A stretch of DNA of 43,977 bases, from contig RQSC01000018.1 in NCBI GenBank assembly GCA_013416795.1, forward strand, positions 86,029 through 130,005, given 5' to 3'. The stretch comes from Prasinococcaceae sp. CCMP 1430. Its lineage: Eukaryota > Plantae > Prasinodermophyta. Shown here one piece after another: positions 1 through 13,241 of this stretch. Position numbers and translations under genes: made by a program. Numbering within the stretch: the stretch's first letter is position 1; every line of letters begins with the position of its first letter. The notes under the pieces were generated by a model. The model was not told where the DNA came from. It was given only the letters and a program-made list of their open reading frames with translations, and searched no databases.

Positions 1-483
1 CCCCCGCGGCGTTCGAACTTCGAAGCCGGCCGGCCGGCCCCCAACCGACCACCTCGAACCGGATCAGCGCGAGCCGGATCGCCCAACCACTGCACGTAAT
101 AACGACACCCTTCGGGTCTCTCCCTCGCTCGAACCCGCAATGCACCCGGATCACCCGGGGAGCACGAGCCGGATCCGGATCACGAGCCGGGGGATCGGGA
201 TCACCCCCTGGCTGGCTGGCACGCTCGCCGGCTGGTGACGCCAGGCTCAGTCCGGCTGGCTGGTCAGGGGCGGGCTGGGATGGGTCCTCCGACCGATGCC
301 TCGACTCGGATTCTGGCTCCCATCTCATCGGGTCTGACTGACCATACCGTTGCACGCGTTGGTTGCGCCGACATCCGAGAACCGCCTCGGCGGCACACCG
401 GAAATGGATGGAGAAGCGACGTCGATCGATCGACCGTCGTCGATCGGCCCACCAACGACGACCCGCAGACTCCATCCAAAAAA

Positions 484-529
484 CCAACCAACCAACCAAC
501 CAATCCAATCCAACCAATCCAATCCAATC
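484..529. repeat. (CCAA)n/(CCAAT)n microsatellite
   Basis: Direct reading: ccaaccaaccaaccaaccaatccaatccaaccaatccaatccaat. Confidence 0.9.
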
Positions 530-594
530 TAACAACAACCGTCCATCGTGGGCGGGTTTGGCTCGCGGGCGGGCGGTTGCGCGGAGCGCGCGCG

Positions 595-792
595 CGCGCG
601 GTCCCAGCCCGATCCGCCCGATCCGCGGCCTGCGGGCGCGCCGCCCGCCGCGGCCGCCGTGGCAGCCGCATCCCCTGCCGGGACGGCGGGCGCCGGCGCC
701 AGCAGCAGCTCCCTGGGCTCCGGCACCTCGCCATCCTCGTCGCCGAGGCCAAGGCCGAGGTCAAACGAAGTGTACTCGATCTCGGCGGCCAT
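595..792 (-). other. Possible orphan 5' coding fragment (MAAEIEYTSFDLGLGLGDEDGEVPEPRELLL...)
   Basis: ATG at 792 in gcgcgATGgcc context, G/C-ending codons and protein-like sequence until a (GC)n tract near 600, after which the sequence looks non-coding. No family recognised. Confidence 0.25.
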
Positions 793-961
793 CGCGCGCC
801 GCCGCAGGCTGGGCTCTCTCCCACCCCGTCTGCACCGCGCCTCCCCGCGCGCGGGAGCGCGCAGTGTGGTATGGCGCGCAGCCGCCACGTCGCGATGCTG
901 CCGCCGGCCGCTTTTTTTTTTTTTTTTTTTTTGCCGGCACCGCGAAGTGTGGACTTTTGAG

Positions 962-997
<36 letters not shown>

Positions 998-1244
998 TTC
1001 TGCACCAGCTCGATGACCTTCACGCGGCGGTGTCCAGGGTGGGGCGGCTTCTGCGCCACTGGCGGGCGCGGCGGCGCTGCCTGCGGCAAGCGCAGCGGCG
1101 TCGGGGGGCGGACAGGCTGGAGATCCAGGGGAGGAGAGAGGAGGGAGGGGGAAGGAGGACGCGCGGCGCCGCGCAGGTGCGCAGCGCCCACGAAACCGTT
1201 CGCCGCGATCTCCGCCCGCCCTGAGCACGCCGCCCACCTCTGCG

Positions 1245-2132
1245 ATGCAGGCGGGCACGCCGTCGCCTGCGGGCGGAACGGGCAGCACACGCAAGCGCTC
1301 AGGCAAGCGCCCACGCAAGGTTTCCAACGCGGCGTCCGGCACGGCCGCGGCTGCGACTGCTGGCGCGGGTGGCGGCGCGCATGCTCTCGCAGAGCCGCCG
1401 GCGGAGGAAAAGAGGCGGGCGCCGGCTCCCGACCTGTCCTCGGTGGATCCGCTGCTAGAAGTCATGCGTGCCGCCGCACTGGAGGAACTCACTGCGGCAC
1501 CTGCGCGTCAGCGGCCAGAGCTCGCGCGCAGGCACGTCTCTGCCTGGAGGGAGTTGCAGCGGCGCGAGCACACGGCGCATCTCGAGCGCATTCGCGACAG
1601 CGTCGCGGCGGACAGGGAGGACAGACATGCCGCCGTGCAGAGATACCTGCGCAACGAGGACCTCATGGCGCAGATCATGACCACCACCGTTCCGCAGCGG
1701 CTGCTTGAGGGAGCGTCCAGCCCCCGCGCCGGCAGCGCGCCGGCAAGTGCGAACGGCGCGCCGGCGAGCGCCAACGGTGGGACTACTCCGAGCTTGAATG
1801 GTGGGAAGGTGCCTGTCGCGTTAGGCGATGGTGTGGGGAAGGTGCCGCCGGAAGTCTCCGGCCCGTCAGCCGCCGCGATCGCATCGCTAGACGCCGCTCT
1901 AGACCTAAGGCGCAAGAGGTCGAGCTGGCAGTCGGCGAGCGAGCTCGTGCAGACGTTCGCCGCGACGTACGGCACCGGTGGCATGGAGCCGCGCGCAAAA
2001 CGGCACTGCGAGGCACGCGACGCGAAGGGGGCCTTCCAGGGCGCCACGCGCGCGACGTGCGTGCGTGTCCCTGAACCGGACATCACAGCGGCTGAGGCGG
2101 TCGCCGCAACCTCGCGAGTGGTGCGCCTGTAA
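1245..2132 (+). CDS. Hypothetical protein (295 aa, basic N-terminal NLS-like stretch, helical core)
   Basis: ATG-initiated ORF, RKRSGKRPRK motif, plausible helical segment; convergent with the proteasome gene. No family recognised. Confidence 0.5.
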   Translation: MQAGTPSPAGGTGSTRKRSGKRPRKVSNAASGTAAAATAGAGGGAHALAEPPAEEKRRAPAPDLSSVDPLLEVMRAAALEELTAAPARQRPELARRHVSAWRELQRREHTAHLERIRDSVAADREDRHAAVQRYLRNEDLMAQIMTTTVPQRLLEGASSPRAGSAPASANGAPASANGGTTPSLNGGKVPVALGDGVGKVPPEVSGPSAAAIASLDAALDLRRKRSSWQSASELVQTFAATYGTGGMEPRAKRHCEARDAKGAFQGATRATCVRVPEPDITAAEAVAATSRVVRL

Positions 2133-2390
2133 ATACCGTGAAGATCTCAGCGTGGAGGGCGGCCTCAGCCCAAGCGTCGCCCCCTGTGCTACGCCGCCAC
2201 GATAGCTCGCGCGCGCGCAGCGTGCCTGCACCAAACGCGCGACAATTACAAGAGGGTGGGACGCACACGCATGCTGGTGTGGCACATGGGGCAGGGCCTG
2301 CAGCAGCGCCCCTCGAGGGCCGGCGCCACGGTCCCTGCGGCCGACCAGCACGCACGCTCGCGATGGCGTGTAAGCGAGCGGGCAGGGAAT

Positions 2391-3406
2391 TCAAGCGGTA
2401 CTATTGCCGCCACCCTTCTTCTCCTTGTCCGCCTCTGCCTCTGCCTCGACCTCCTTGACGATGGTTTCCAGCTTCTCCGCCTCCACGAAGTTCAAGCCCT
2501 CCTTGGTCATCACCGCCACCTCGATATTCTTGCCGCCCGCCTCCACGACTTCGAGCAGCGCCTTCACCGCCAGCGTCACTGCCGCGTCGCCCTCAACTTC
2601 CTCGTAGTTCTTCTCCAGCCACTCGCGCACTGTCTTTGAGTTGCGACCTGTCGCGTTGGCCTTCCATGCGCTGAACGTTCCGCTGGGGTCCGTCTGGAAG
2701 AGCTTGGGCTCCCCCGCGCTGTCGAAGCCGACGATGAGCGTGGAGATGCCGAAGGGACGGACGCCACCACTCTGCGTGTACTTTTGTTGCACCCCCGCCA
2801 CGTAACGCGTAATGTACTCCACTGAAGCGGCCTCGTCGAGCGTCAGCCTGTAGCTCTGGCACTCCAGGCGCGCCTTGTTGACGAGCACGCGCGCGTCCGC
2901 TGTCAGGCCGGCGAACGCGAGGCAGATGTGCTCGTCGAGCATATGGATCTTGCGCACGGTGCGTGGATCCTGCAGCTTAGCCGTCGCTTTCTTTTCCACG
3001 CCCAGCACGACGCAGTCCTTGCCGCGGACGCCCACGGCGAGCGTTCCCTTGCGCACGGCCTCGAGGGCATACTCCACTTGGAACAGGTGTCCTGCACAGA
3101 CCGCACCAAAGCGCCGATCGCACGCGGGCATGCAACAGGTCAGGGCACGCTCGGCGGCGATGAAGATCGCAATATGCGCGCGCGGAAAGGGGACGTGTGT
3201 GTGTGGACGTGGGTGGGTGGGTGGGGGGTGGGGCGGGGAGGCAGCAGATGGGATACTCTCTGTCCATCTCGCACGCCAGGATCTACCCGCGCGCGCGCGC
3301 GCCGATTCGTGCGCGCGCGCACCACGCCTCGCGCTGCTGCGTGCGGGCGCGGGGTGGCCGTACCGTCGGGACTGAAGACGGTGATGGCACGATCGTAGCG
3401 CGCCAT
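2391..3406 (-). CDS. PSMA7: 20S proteasome subunit alpha type-7 (alpha4); exons 3406-3364, 3091-2391
   Basis: Spliced product [30 protein letters not shown]...[13 protein letters not shown]...[19 protein letters not shown] matches the alpha4 signature; GT..AG intron 3363-3092 restores the frame. Confidence 0.97.
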
Positions 3407-3735
3407 GGCGCGCCGCGCCGCTTCTGGCTGCCGCGCCGCTGCTGCGCCCCGCCGCGCTGCGCGGGTGTGGCAGGTGCGCGCGCAACGCGCACTGCACAGG
3501 CGCGCTCGAAACACGTCCCCCGAAAAAGCGCCCGGAAAAACGTCCATATTTTCACAGCGGCTTGTCGCCACTCCACGCGCGCCGGCACGGAGCAGGCCAG
3601 CGCGCCGGCGGTGGGCAGGGGCGACGGCCGCGCCGCGGCCGTGGTGGGCCGATCTGGACGTGCGGCTGCGCGGGTGAAAGGCCCGGGGAGAGAGGGCTGC
3701 GGTGAGAGCGCGCACGGCCGGACGAGCGGGCCGCG

Positions 3736-4998
3736 ATGCCTGACTTTGCGCCGACGCAGTTCAAGTGCACGTGGACGCTCGACGCGAACGCCGAGGGGCA
3801 CAAGAAGCCCGTCTCCAGCGTCAAGTTCTCGCCCGATGGGGCCAAGCTCGCGTCAGTCTCAGGTGCGCGCACACGCGCGCGTGCGCGCGCGCGCTCATGT
3901 AAGTAGGCGCTCGCGGCCGCCGATCGCGCGAGCCCGGGCGCTGATGCGTGCACGCCTGCGCCATAGCCGACAAGACGTGCAGGATATGGGACCCACACAC
4001 CGGCAAGCTGCTCGCGACGCTTGAGGGCCACACAAAGGGCGTCTGTGACGTCGCATGGGCCGCGATGCAGAACAAGTTCCTATGCACGGGCTCGGACGAC
4101 AAATCGGTGCGCGTGTGGGATGTTGAGACCAGCGAATGTGTGAAGGTGCTCGCAGCTGGCACCGGGGACCAGGACAGGGGGCACACGAACTACGTGATGG
4201 CCGTGGCGTTCCGGGCGGGGGCGGACATCATCGCGAGCGCGTCGTTCGACGAGACGGCCAAGCTCTGGAATGTGCAGGACGCGCGGTGCGTCATCGATGG
4301 CTTACTTGCGAGGCGTGCGCGTGAGCGCGCGCGTTGGTCGAGCGCGCCCAGACTCTGTGACAATCGCGCAATGTATGAGCTGACGCGCGCGGCACACGCC
4401 CACACCCCATCTCTCGCTCGGCGCCGCTCGTGCGGGGGCGCGGTGCGTGTTTTCCGTGCCCTGCAGCGTGATCCGCACCCTGCCCGCGCACTCGGACCCC
4501 GTTACCAGCCTCGATTTCACGGGTGACGGCCAGCGCCTCGTGACATGCTCCTTCGACGGCCTAGTGCGCATCTGGCAGGTGGACAATGGCGAGTGCGTCA
4601 AGACTATCACACAGCAGTCCCCGCCCCCGGTGACGTCTGTGCGCTTCTCCCCCAACAACATGTACGCGCTGGTGAGCACAATGGACAGCAAGGTACGGCT
4701 GTGGAAGTACGCTACCGATCAGGTGATGAAGGTGTACGAAGGCCACCGCAACGACGACTACTGCATTAACTCATGCTTTTCGCTCTCGAACGGTGGCAAG
4801 TACATCGTTAGCGGCTCGGAGGACCACGCTGTCTACGTGTGGAACCTGGCAGACAAACAGATTGTACAGAAGCTCACTGGGCACGAGGACAGTGTACTCG
4901 GCGTCGACGCGTCCGGCGACCTGCTCGCGACTTGCTCGCTCGACAAAACCATCAAGATATGGCACGACGATCGTGGTGTGGCCGACATGGAAATCTGA
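3736..4998 (+). CDS. WDR5: WD40-repeat protein, WDR5/Swd3-like (COMPASS); exons 3736-3862, 3967-4285, 4467-4998
   Basis: Repeats GHKKPVSSVKFSPDG, SADKTCRIWD, TLPAHSDPVTS, GKYIVSGSEDHAVYVWNL typical of WDR5; two GT-AG introns join in frame. Confidence 0.88.
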
Positions 4999-5249
4999 GG
5001 AGGTCGCGCTGAGAAACATGCGAAGCACGCACGGCGGGAGGCGCGTATACAGCGCGCAGGCACGAAAGGCCGAGCGCCAGCTCGTACGCGGAGGTGTAGC
5101 TGCTCTTTTCGCACGCGTCCCGCAGCCCAGCCCTGCAAAGAGTTACTGTAACAATTGACCGACTTGTGAGCTCACCCCCACGAGCTTGCTACCTGATGCA
5201 CCGACTTTGGCCCGCTCGCCCGCCGCTGCCCCCGAGCGGCACGCTCGCT

Positions 5250-7207
<1,958 letters not shown>

Positions 7208-7279
7208 CTATGCCCCTCTCCACTCACCGCCTGGGCACGGCACGCAGCGCACGGCACACGTGCAGACCGCAGTGTGCCG

Positions 7280-7330
7280 CCCCCCCCCCCCCCCCCCCCC
7301 CCCCCGGGGGGGGGGGGGGGGGGGGGGGGG
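7280..7330. repeat. C26 immediately followed by G25 (homopolymer inverted repeat)
   Basis: Direct reading; lies between the divergent PAT and FAHD starts. Confidence 0.85.
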
Positions 7331-7598
7331 TCTCGTCCCACCTTCCAGCGCCGCCGGTGGACCTCCCTTATCCTCCTGATGCGATCAGATCCCAGTCTTC
7401 GAATGTGGATTTTTTTGGACTTCAGTATCGCATCGCTCGGCCAGTGTTGCCGCGTTGAAGAATGATGAAAGACACTCAAAAACATTTTTGGGAAGGGGCA
7501 AACACACTCGACAGACTACTTGCTCGCATGTCGTCGCGTTGGCGGGCGGGCGGTGCGCGCAGCACAGGCCGCGCCCCGCGCGCGCCGCCAGGGCCGTG

Positions 7599-8387
7599 AT
7601 GGCGGCCACGGCGGCGCTCGAGGCGCTGGTGCGCTCGGGCAGCAAGTGCGTCGCCGTCGGGCGGAACTACGCGGCGCACGCGCGCGAGCTGGGCAACGCG
7701 CCTCCGGCAGCGCCGTTCTTCTTCTTCAAGGTGAGGGCCGCAGCGAGCGCAGCGAGCGCGCGGGCAGCGGCGCACGCGCTCGCTCGCTCGCTGACGCTGA
7801 GCGGCGCGCCTCGCGCAAAGCCGCGCTCCTCGTACACGTGGGACAGGATAGAAGTCCCGCCGGACGTCGAGGAGCTCCACCACGAGGTTGAGCTCGGCGT
7901 GATCATCGGGAGCACGATGCGCGACGTGCCCGCTCCGGCCGCGATGGGCCACGTCGCCGGTTATTTCGCGGCCGTCGACGTGACCGCGCGCTGCATCCAG
8001 GCCAAGGCCAAGGCCAAGGGTCTGCCGTGGTCCGCGGCCAAGGGCTACGACACGTTTTGTGCGCTAAGCGCATGCGTGCCGCGGCTGGCCACCGGAGAGC
8101 AGGGCCGGGGCGTCGCCGACGGCGACATCGATGCGCTCGAGCTACACCTCTCCGTCGATGGCGAGGAGCGCCAGCGCGGCACGTGCGAGCAGATGACGTG
8201 GAAGGTGCCCGAGCTGCTCGCGCACATCTCGACGGTGTGCACGCTCGAAGCAGGGGACACGGTGCTCACGGGCACGCCCGAGGGGGTCGGGCCAATGCGG
8301 CCCGGCCAGCGCGTGGCGATGGGCATCACCGGACTCCTCGACGCCGAGTTCCACGTCGTCAGGAGGGAGTCGCCGCCAAGCGCGTGA
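7599..8387 (+). CDS. FAHD1: Fumarylacetoacetate-hydrolase-family protein (FAHD1/acylpyruvase-like); exons 7599-7730, 7821-8387
   Basis: KCVAVGRNYAAHAREL, HHEVELGVIIG, DVTAR, AKGYDTF, GDTVLTGTPEGVG; a 90-nt GT-AG intron (Ala-rich if read through) separates FFFK from PRSS. Confidence 0.92.
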   Translation: MAATAALEALVRSGSKCVAVGRNYAAHARELGNAPPAAPFFFFKVRAAASAASARAAAHALARSLTLSGAPRAKPRSSYTWDRIEVPPDVEELHHEVELGVIIGSTMRDVPAPAAMGHVAGYFAAVDVTARCIQAKAKAKGLPWSAAKGYDTFCALSACVPRLATGEQGRGVADGDIDALELHLSVDGEERQRGTCEQMTWKVPELLAHISTVCTLEAGDTVLTGTPEGVGPMRPGQRVAMGITGLLDAEFHVVRRESPPSA

Positions 8388-8501
8388 AAGCGCGAGTGCG
8401 AGCTTCGCCCGCGCGGCCCCGCGCGACCGCGCGCAACAGAAGGCGACCGCAATATTAGTGGCGCGTTCTTATCGACGACGAGCGGTGGCCGCGGGGCGCG
8501 A

Positions 8502-10537
8502 CTACGGCGCGTGATTCATGCTCTTCATGTTCTTGACGCTCGTATCGATCTTGAGCAGCTCGCGGAGGCACATAGTGGCGTAGCACGACGGCGGCAGCGT
8601 GAAGCTCACGCGAAGCGCCTGGTATCGGCTGCCCTCCGCGCTGGCAGCGCCGCTCGTCTGCCGCTGCTGGCCATTCTCACCCCCTGGCTCCTCCTCCTCG
8701 TCCTCCCGCTTCTGCCCCTCTTCCGCCGTGTTTTCCTGGTTCACCCCATCGAGCGCGAGGGACGGCTGCTGCGTCTGCCCGGCCCCCCCGTCCGCGCCCC
8801 TACCTTGCCGCCCCTGCTCCTGCGTCCGCGCCCCCTCGCCGCCGGCGTCGAGCGACTGCCCGAGCGTGTCGAAGTTAGTGGGCGTGATGTCGGCCTTGGG
8901 GTCATCGTAGCCCACGATCTCGAAGCTGAAGTCCGCGGGGCGCACGAGCAGCTTGCGATAGGCGCCTGGATTGCCGTGCACGGAGTACTCGCGCACGGCG
9001 TGCGGCGCAGGCTTGCTGACGTCCAGCTCGACGCCCGCCTCGGCCGCCAGCGCCTTGTACACCTGCGCGACCTCGTTGGCCGGGAGGCGCGTGGCCGCGC
9101 CCGCCAGAGGCAGCACAACGCGGCTGGCGGGCACGCTGCCCGCCGCGGCCTCCTCGGCGGTCACCAGGCGCACCTCGGGGATGCCCGTGAGCGGCGGCTT
9201 GCCGCCGCCGTCCTCGGCCGCGAGCACCAGGTCGCCCTCGGCTGCCAGCTCGAGGCCGTACAGCTCGGCGCGCCGCGAGGCGGCCGCGTTCCACAGGTAC
9301 GACTGAAATGCGTGCACGTACATTGAGCGCAGCGTGCGCGGCAGCGCGGCGAGCGCCCCCACGAAGTCGTTGGAGCGCGCGCCGCCGCACTTCTGCAGTC
9401 CGCGCAGCAGCGAGCGCTCCGCGAGCATCCAGCGCGGCATCGCCTCTATGGCGGCCGCCAGGCACGCGTCGCTGCCGTCGCCGTCGGCGTACACGCGGCG
9501 CGCGGCGGTGGCCTCGGGGTGCTCCCCCTCGCGCGGCCTCAGGATGAGGTCGGCGGCGCCCGCCCAGTCGCCCTTCAGCAGCGCGGCGCCGACAGTGTGC
9601 GTGGCCACCGCGCCCGTGCCGAAGCGCTGCAGCCCGAAGTAGTTCACGAAGCCGCTCGCGGCGAGCGCGCGCGACGCCTCGTCGACGCGCGCGCGCACGG
9701 CGGCCGCGTCGGCGGCGCCCGGCGCAGCGAGGCTGCGCAGCGTGATGGTGAAGCGGTTGCCGCTGAGCGCGCCCAGCGGCAGCGCGCGCTTGGCCTCGCT
9801 GAAGTTGCCCAGCCGCACGCCGCGCAGCCGGCTGTTGAGCCCCGCGAGCGCGCGCGCGTCGACGCGCTCGGCCGTCACCCACTGGCAGGTGACCGCGCGC
9901 TTGTCTTTGGTGCCCGCGAAGGCGAAGGCGGCGGGCGGCTTGTGCACGTAGCGCGCGATGAGCGCGATGGTCTCCTGCGTGTCCATGTTGCGCTTGAGCA
10001 GCGCGAAGCGCGTGTAGCGCGCCCCGCGGGGGCCGCCGGCGCCGCGCTTGCGCTTGCGGTTGCCGTTCGCGCCGGCCACGCCGCGGAAGACCTCGAGCTC
10101 GTGGTCGGCGGCAGACGAGTCCAGGAACGGCAGGCGCTCTCGGATGACGCCGTGCACGCGCCCGCGCGTCTGCTTGTCCGCGACCTTGCCCAGCGACACG
10201 CGCCGGTCCGCCGCGGCGTCCGGGGCGCGCAGCTCGAGCACGAGCGCGCGCACGCGCGCGGCGGCGTCGGAGCCGACGAGGGCGTCGAGCTCGNNNNNNN
10301 NNNNNNNNNNNNNNNNNNNNNNNNNNNNNNNNNNNNNNNNNNNNNNNNNNNNNNNNNNNNNNNNNNNNNNNNNNNNNNNNNNNNNNNNNNNNNNNNNNNN
10401 NNNNNNNNNNNNNNNNNNNNNNNNNNNNNNNNNNNNNNNNNNNNNNNNNNNNNNNNNNNNNNNNNNNNNNNNNNNNNNNNNNNNNNNNNNNNNNNNNNNN
10501 NNNNCACGCCCGCGACGCCCGCCGCCGCCGCCGCCAT
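8502..10537 (-). CDS. PUS7: TruD-family pseudouridine synthase PUS7 (interrupted by the N gap; probable start MAAAAAGVAGV at 10537)
   Basis: Catalytic FAGTKDKRAVT, GNRFTITLR, GFVNYFGLQRFG, YVHAFQSYLWN, FTLPPSCYATMCLRE. The ORF runs into the gap; the start beyond the gap is inferred. Confidence 0.92.
10294..10504. other. Assembly gap (211 N)
   Basis: Run of N. Further single-N joins at 10952, 39903 and 43126. Confidence 0.99.
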
Positions 10538-10703
10538 GCGCGCGCGCTCTGGACCGCCCGCGGCGCCATCGAAATCAATGCCGGCTGCGCACGCCCCTTC
10601 GGTTTGACGTGTCTCGAAGTCGAAGCACCGCCCAGCGAGCGTGGGTGGGAGTCCGTTGCTGTTGTTGTGGTCGTTGGACGCTCCGCTCCGTCCCCGCCGC
10701 TTC

Positions 10704-10929
10704 CCGGGTCGTTTTCGTGGCGCGCGCGGCGCGCGTTTCGGCCGCCTTCCGCGGCGCCGTCCTCCCCTCGACCGGGTCGTTCTCTGGGATTCGGGCGGTT
10801 AGCGGCCTCGTCGACCTCGTCGGCCTCGTCGGCGCTCCGTCCGCCCCTTTCCGGGTCGTTTTCGTGGCGCGCGCGGCGCGCGTTTCGGCCGCCTTCCGCG
10901 GCGCCGTCCTCCCCTCGGCCGGGTCGTTC
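10704..10929. repeat. 79-bp direct repeat (10704-10782 and 10851-10929, one mismatch)
   Basis: Both copies read ccgggtcgttttcgtggcgcgcgcggcgcgcgtttcggccgccttccgcggcgccgtcctcccctcg(a/g)ccgggtcgttc. Confidence 0.9.
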
Positions 10930-10952
10930 CGTGGGGGCGCGCGCGCGCGTCN

Positions 10953-11280
10953 CGCTGCCGGCGCCGGCACGAGCGCGAATGTGAGCGCGACGCTTTACGG
11001 CTCGGACGGCGACACCGGCGCCCAGCCGCTCGAGTCGGCGATCGGGCCGCGAGCTTTTGCGCTCGGCGCGACGAGCGCGTTCACATTCGATGCCGCGACG
11101 GTAGGGCAGATACAGATGCTGCGCATGAGCCACGACAGCGCGGGCGACTCTCCGGGTTGGAAGCTCGAGGACGTGGAGGTGTCGGATCTGACGAGTGGTG
11201 ACGTGTGCTCCTTCTACTGCGGACGGTGGCTCGACAAGGACAGGGAGGACAGCGCGACCTCGCGCTTGCTCACGTGTGAC
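10953..11280 (+). other. PLAT/LH2 domain coding fragment (first strand missing, begins at a single-N join)
   Basis: GAGTSANVSATLYGSDGDTG...LRMSHDSAGDSPGWKLEDVEVSDLTSGDVCSFYCGRWLDKD matches the PLAT consensus (GT.ANV...LYG; HD..G..PGW.L..V.V; F.C.RWL). Confidence 0.8.
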
Positions 11281-11325
11281 GTGCGCGGAGCGCGCCCGGA
11301 GGAAGCAACGCGCGCGCGCGTGCAG

Positions 11326-13241
11326 GTCGCGCGACGGCCAGCGGCGACGCGGAAACCGCCGTCGTCGAGGGGGCACAGCAGGGGCAGCGGGGCGAGCAGC
11401 GCAAGCAGGGGAAGAAGCAGCAGGGCAGCAAGGGCGGCAAGGGCGGCAAGGCGGCCGCCGAGGCGGAGGCGAAGCCGGTGGTGCCCGTGGAGCTGCCCAC
11501 CAACGAGTCGAGCGACCGCCTGCTGAGGCTGCGCCACACGAGCTCGCACGTGATGGCCATGGCCGTGCAGAAGCTCTACCCCGGCGCGCAGGTGACCATC
11601 GGCCCGTGGATCGACAACGGCTTCTACTACGACTTCGACGTGCCCGAGGGCACCGAGCTCAACCTCAAGAAGATCAAGAAGCGGATGGACCGCATCATCG
11701 CGCAGAAGCTGCCGCTCGTGCGCGAGGAGGTCAGCCGCGAGGAGGCGCGCGCGCGCATCACCGCGCTGGGCGAGCCCTACAAGCTCGAGATCCTCGACTC
11801 CATCGAGTCGGAGCCCATCACCATCTACCACTGCGGCGACGAGTGGTGGGACCTGTGCGCCGGGCCGCACGTTGAGCACACGGGCGAGCTCAACAAGCAC
11901 ACCATCGCCCTGGAGAGCACGGCGGGCGCCTACTGGCGCGGCGACGCCGACAAGGCCATGCTGACGCGCATCTACGGCACGGCGTGGGAGACGCCCGAGC
12001 AGCTGGCGTACGCCGCGCACCTGCGCGAGGAGGCCGCGCGCCGCGACCACCGCGCGCTGGGCAAGGCGCTCGACCTGTTCTCCATCCAGCAGGAGAGCGC
12101 CGGCGGCGGCCTGGTCTTCTGGCACCCCAAGGGCGCGCTCATGCGCCACCAGATCGAGGACTACTGGAAGCAGATGCACTTCGCCGACGGCTACGAGCTG
12201 GTGTACACGCCGCACGTGGCCAAGCTCGACATGTGGAAGACGAGCGGCCACTTTGACTTCTACGCGGAGAACATGTTCGACCAGATGGCCATCGAGGACG
12301 AGACCTACCAGCTGCGCCCCATGAACTGCCCCTTCCACGTGGCCATCTACAAGTCGGCGCCGCGCTCCTACCGCCAGCTGCCGCTGCGCTGGGCGGAGCT
12401 GGGCACCGTGTACCGCTACGAGAAGAGCGGCACCATGCACGGCCTCTTCCGCGTGCGCGGCTTCACGCAGGACGACGCGCACATCTTCTGCCTGCCCGAG
12501 CAGATCGAGGGGGAGATCCTGCGCGTGCTCAACCTCACCGAGGCCATCCTCTCCAACTTCGGCTTCGAGAAGTACGAGATCAACCTCAGCACGCGGCCCG
12601 AGAAGAGCGTGGGCGAGGACGCCATCTGGGAGAAGGCCACCGCGGGCCTGGTGGCCGCGCTGGAGGCCAAGGGGTGGGACTACGTGGTGGACGAGGGCGG
12701 CGGCGCCTTCTACGGCCCCAAGATCGACCTCAAGATCCAGGACGCCATCGGGCGCAAGTGGCAGTGCTCGACCATCCAGCTTGACTTCAACCTGCCGGAG
12801 CGCTTCGACATGAGCTACGTCGACAGCACCGGCGCCAAGGAGCGCCCCATCATGATCCACCGCGCCATCTTCGGCTCGCTGGAGCGCTTCTTCGGCATCC
12901 TGGTCGAGAACTACGCCGGCGACTTCCCCATCTGGATGGCGCCCGAGCAGTGCCGGCTGCTGCCCGTCTCGGACGCCGCCGCGGCGTACGCCGAGGCGGT
13001 GGCCGCCAAGCTGCGCGCGCGGGGGGTGCGCGTGAGCGTCGGCGGCGGCGAGCGGCTCGCCAAGCTCATCCGCAACGCCGAGATTGCCAAGGTGCCCGTG
13101 GTGGGCGTCGTCGGCGCGCGCGACGAGGAGGCGGGCGAGGTCAGCGTGCGCACACGCGCGGACGGCGAGCTCGGCGCGCTCAAGGTGGACGAGCTCGTCG
13201 AGCGACTGGCGGCGGCGGCGACGAGCAAGGGCGCGTTCTGA
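11326..13241 (+). CDS. thrS: Threonyl-tRNA synthetase, organellar (cyanobacterial/plant EMB2761-like); 5' exon not identified
   Basis: RHTSSHVMAMAVQKL, TIGPWIDNGFYYDF, DLCAGPHV, RDHRALGK, LRPMNCPFH, RVRGFTQDDAHIF, GAFYGPKID, IHRAIFGSLERF. The frame is open back to a tgcag acceptor at 11325. Confidence 0.95.
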
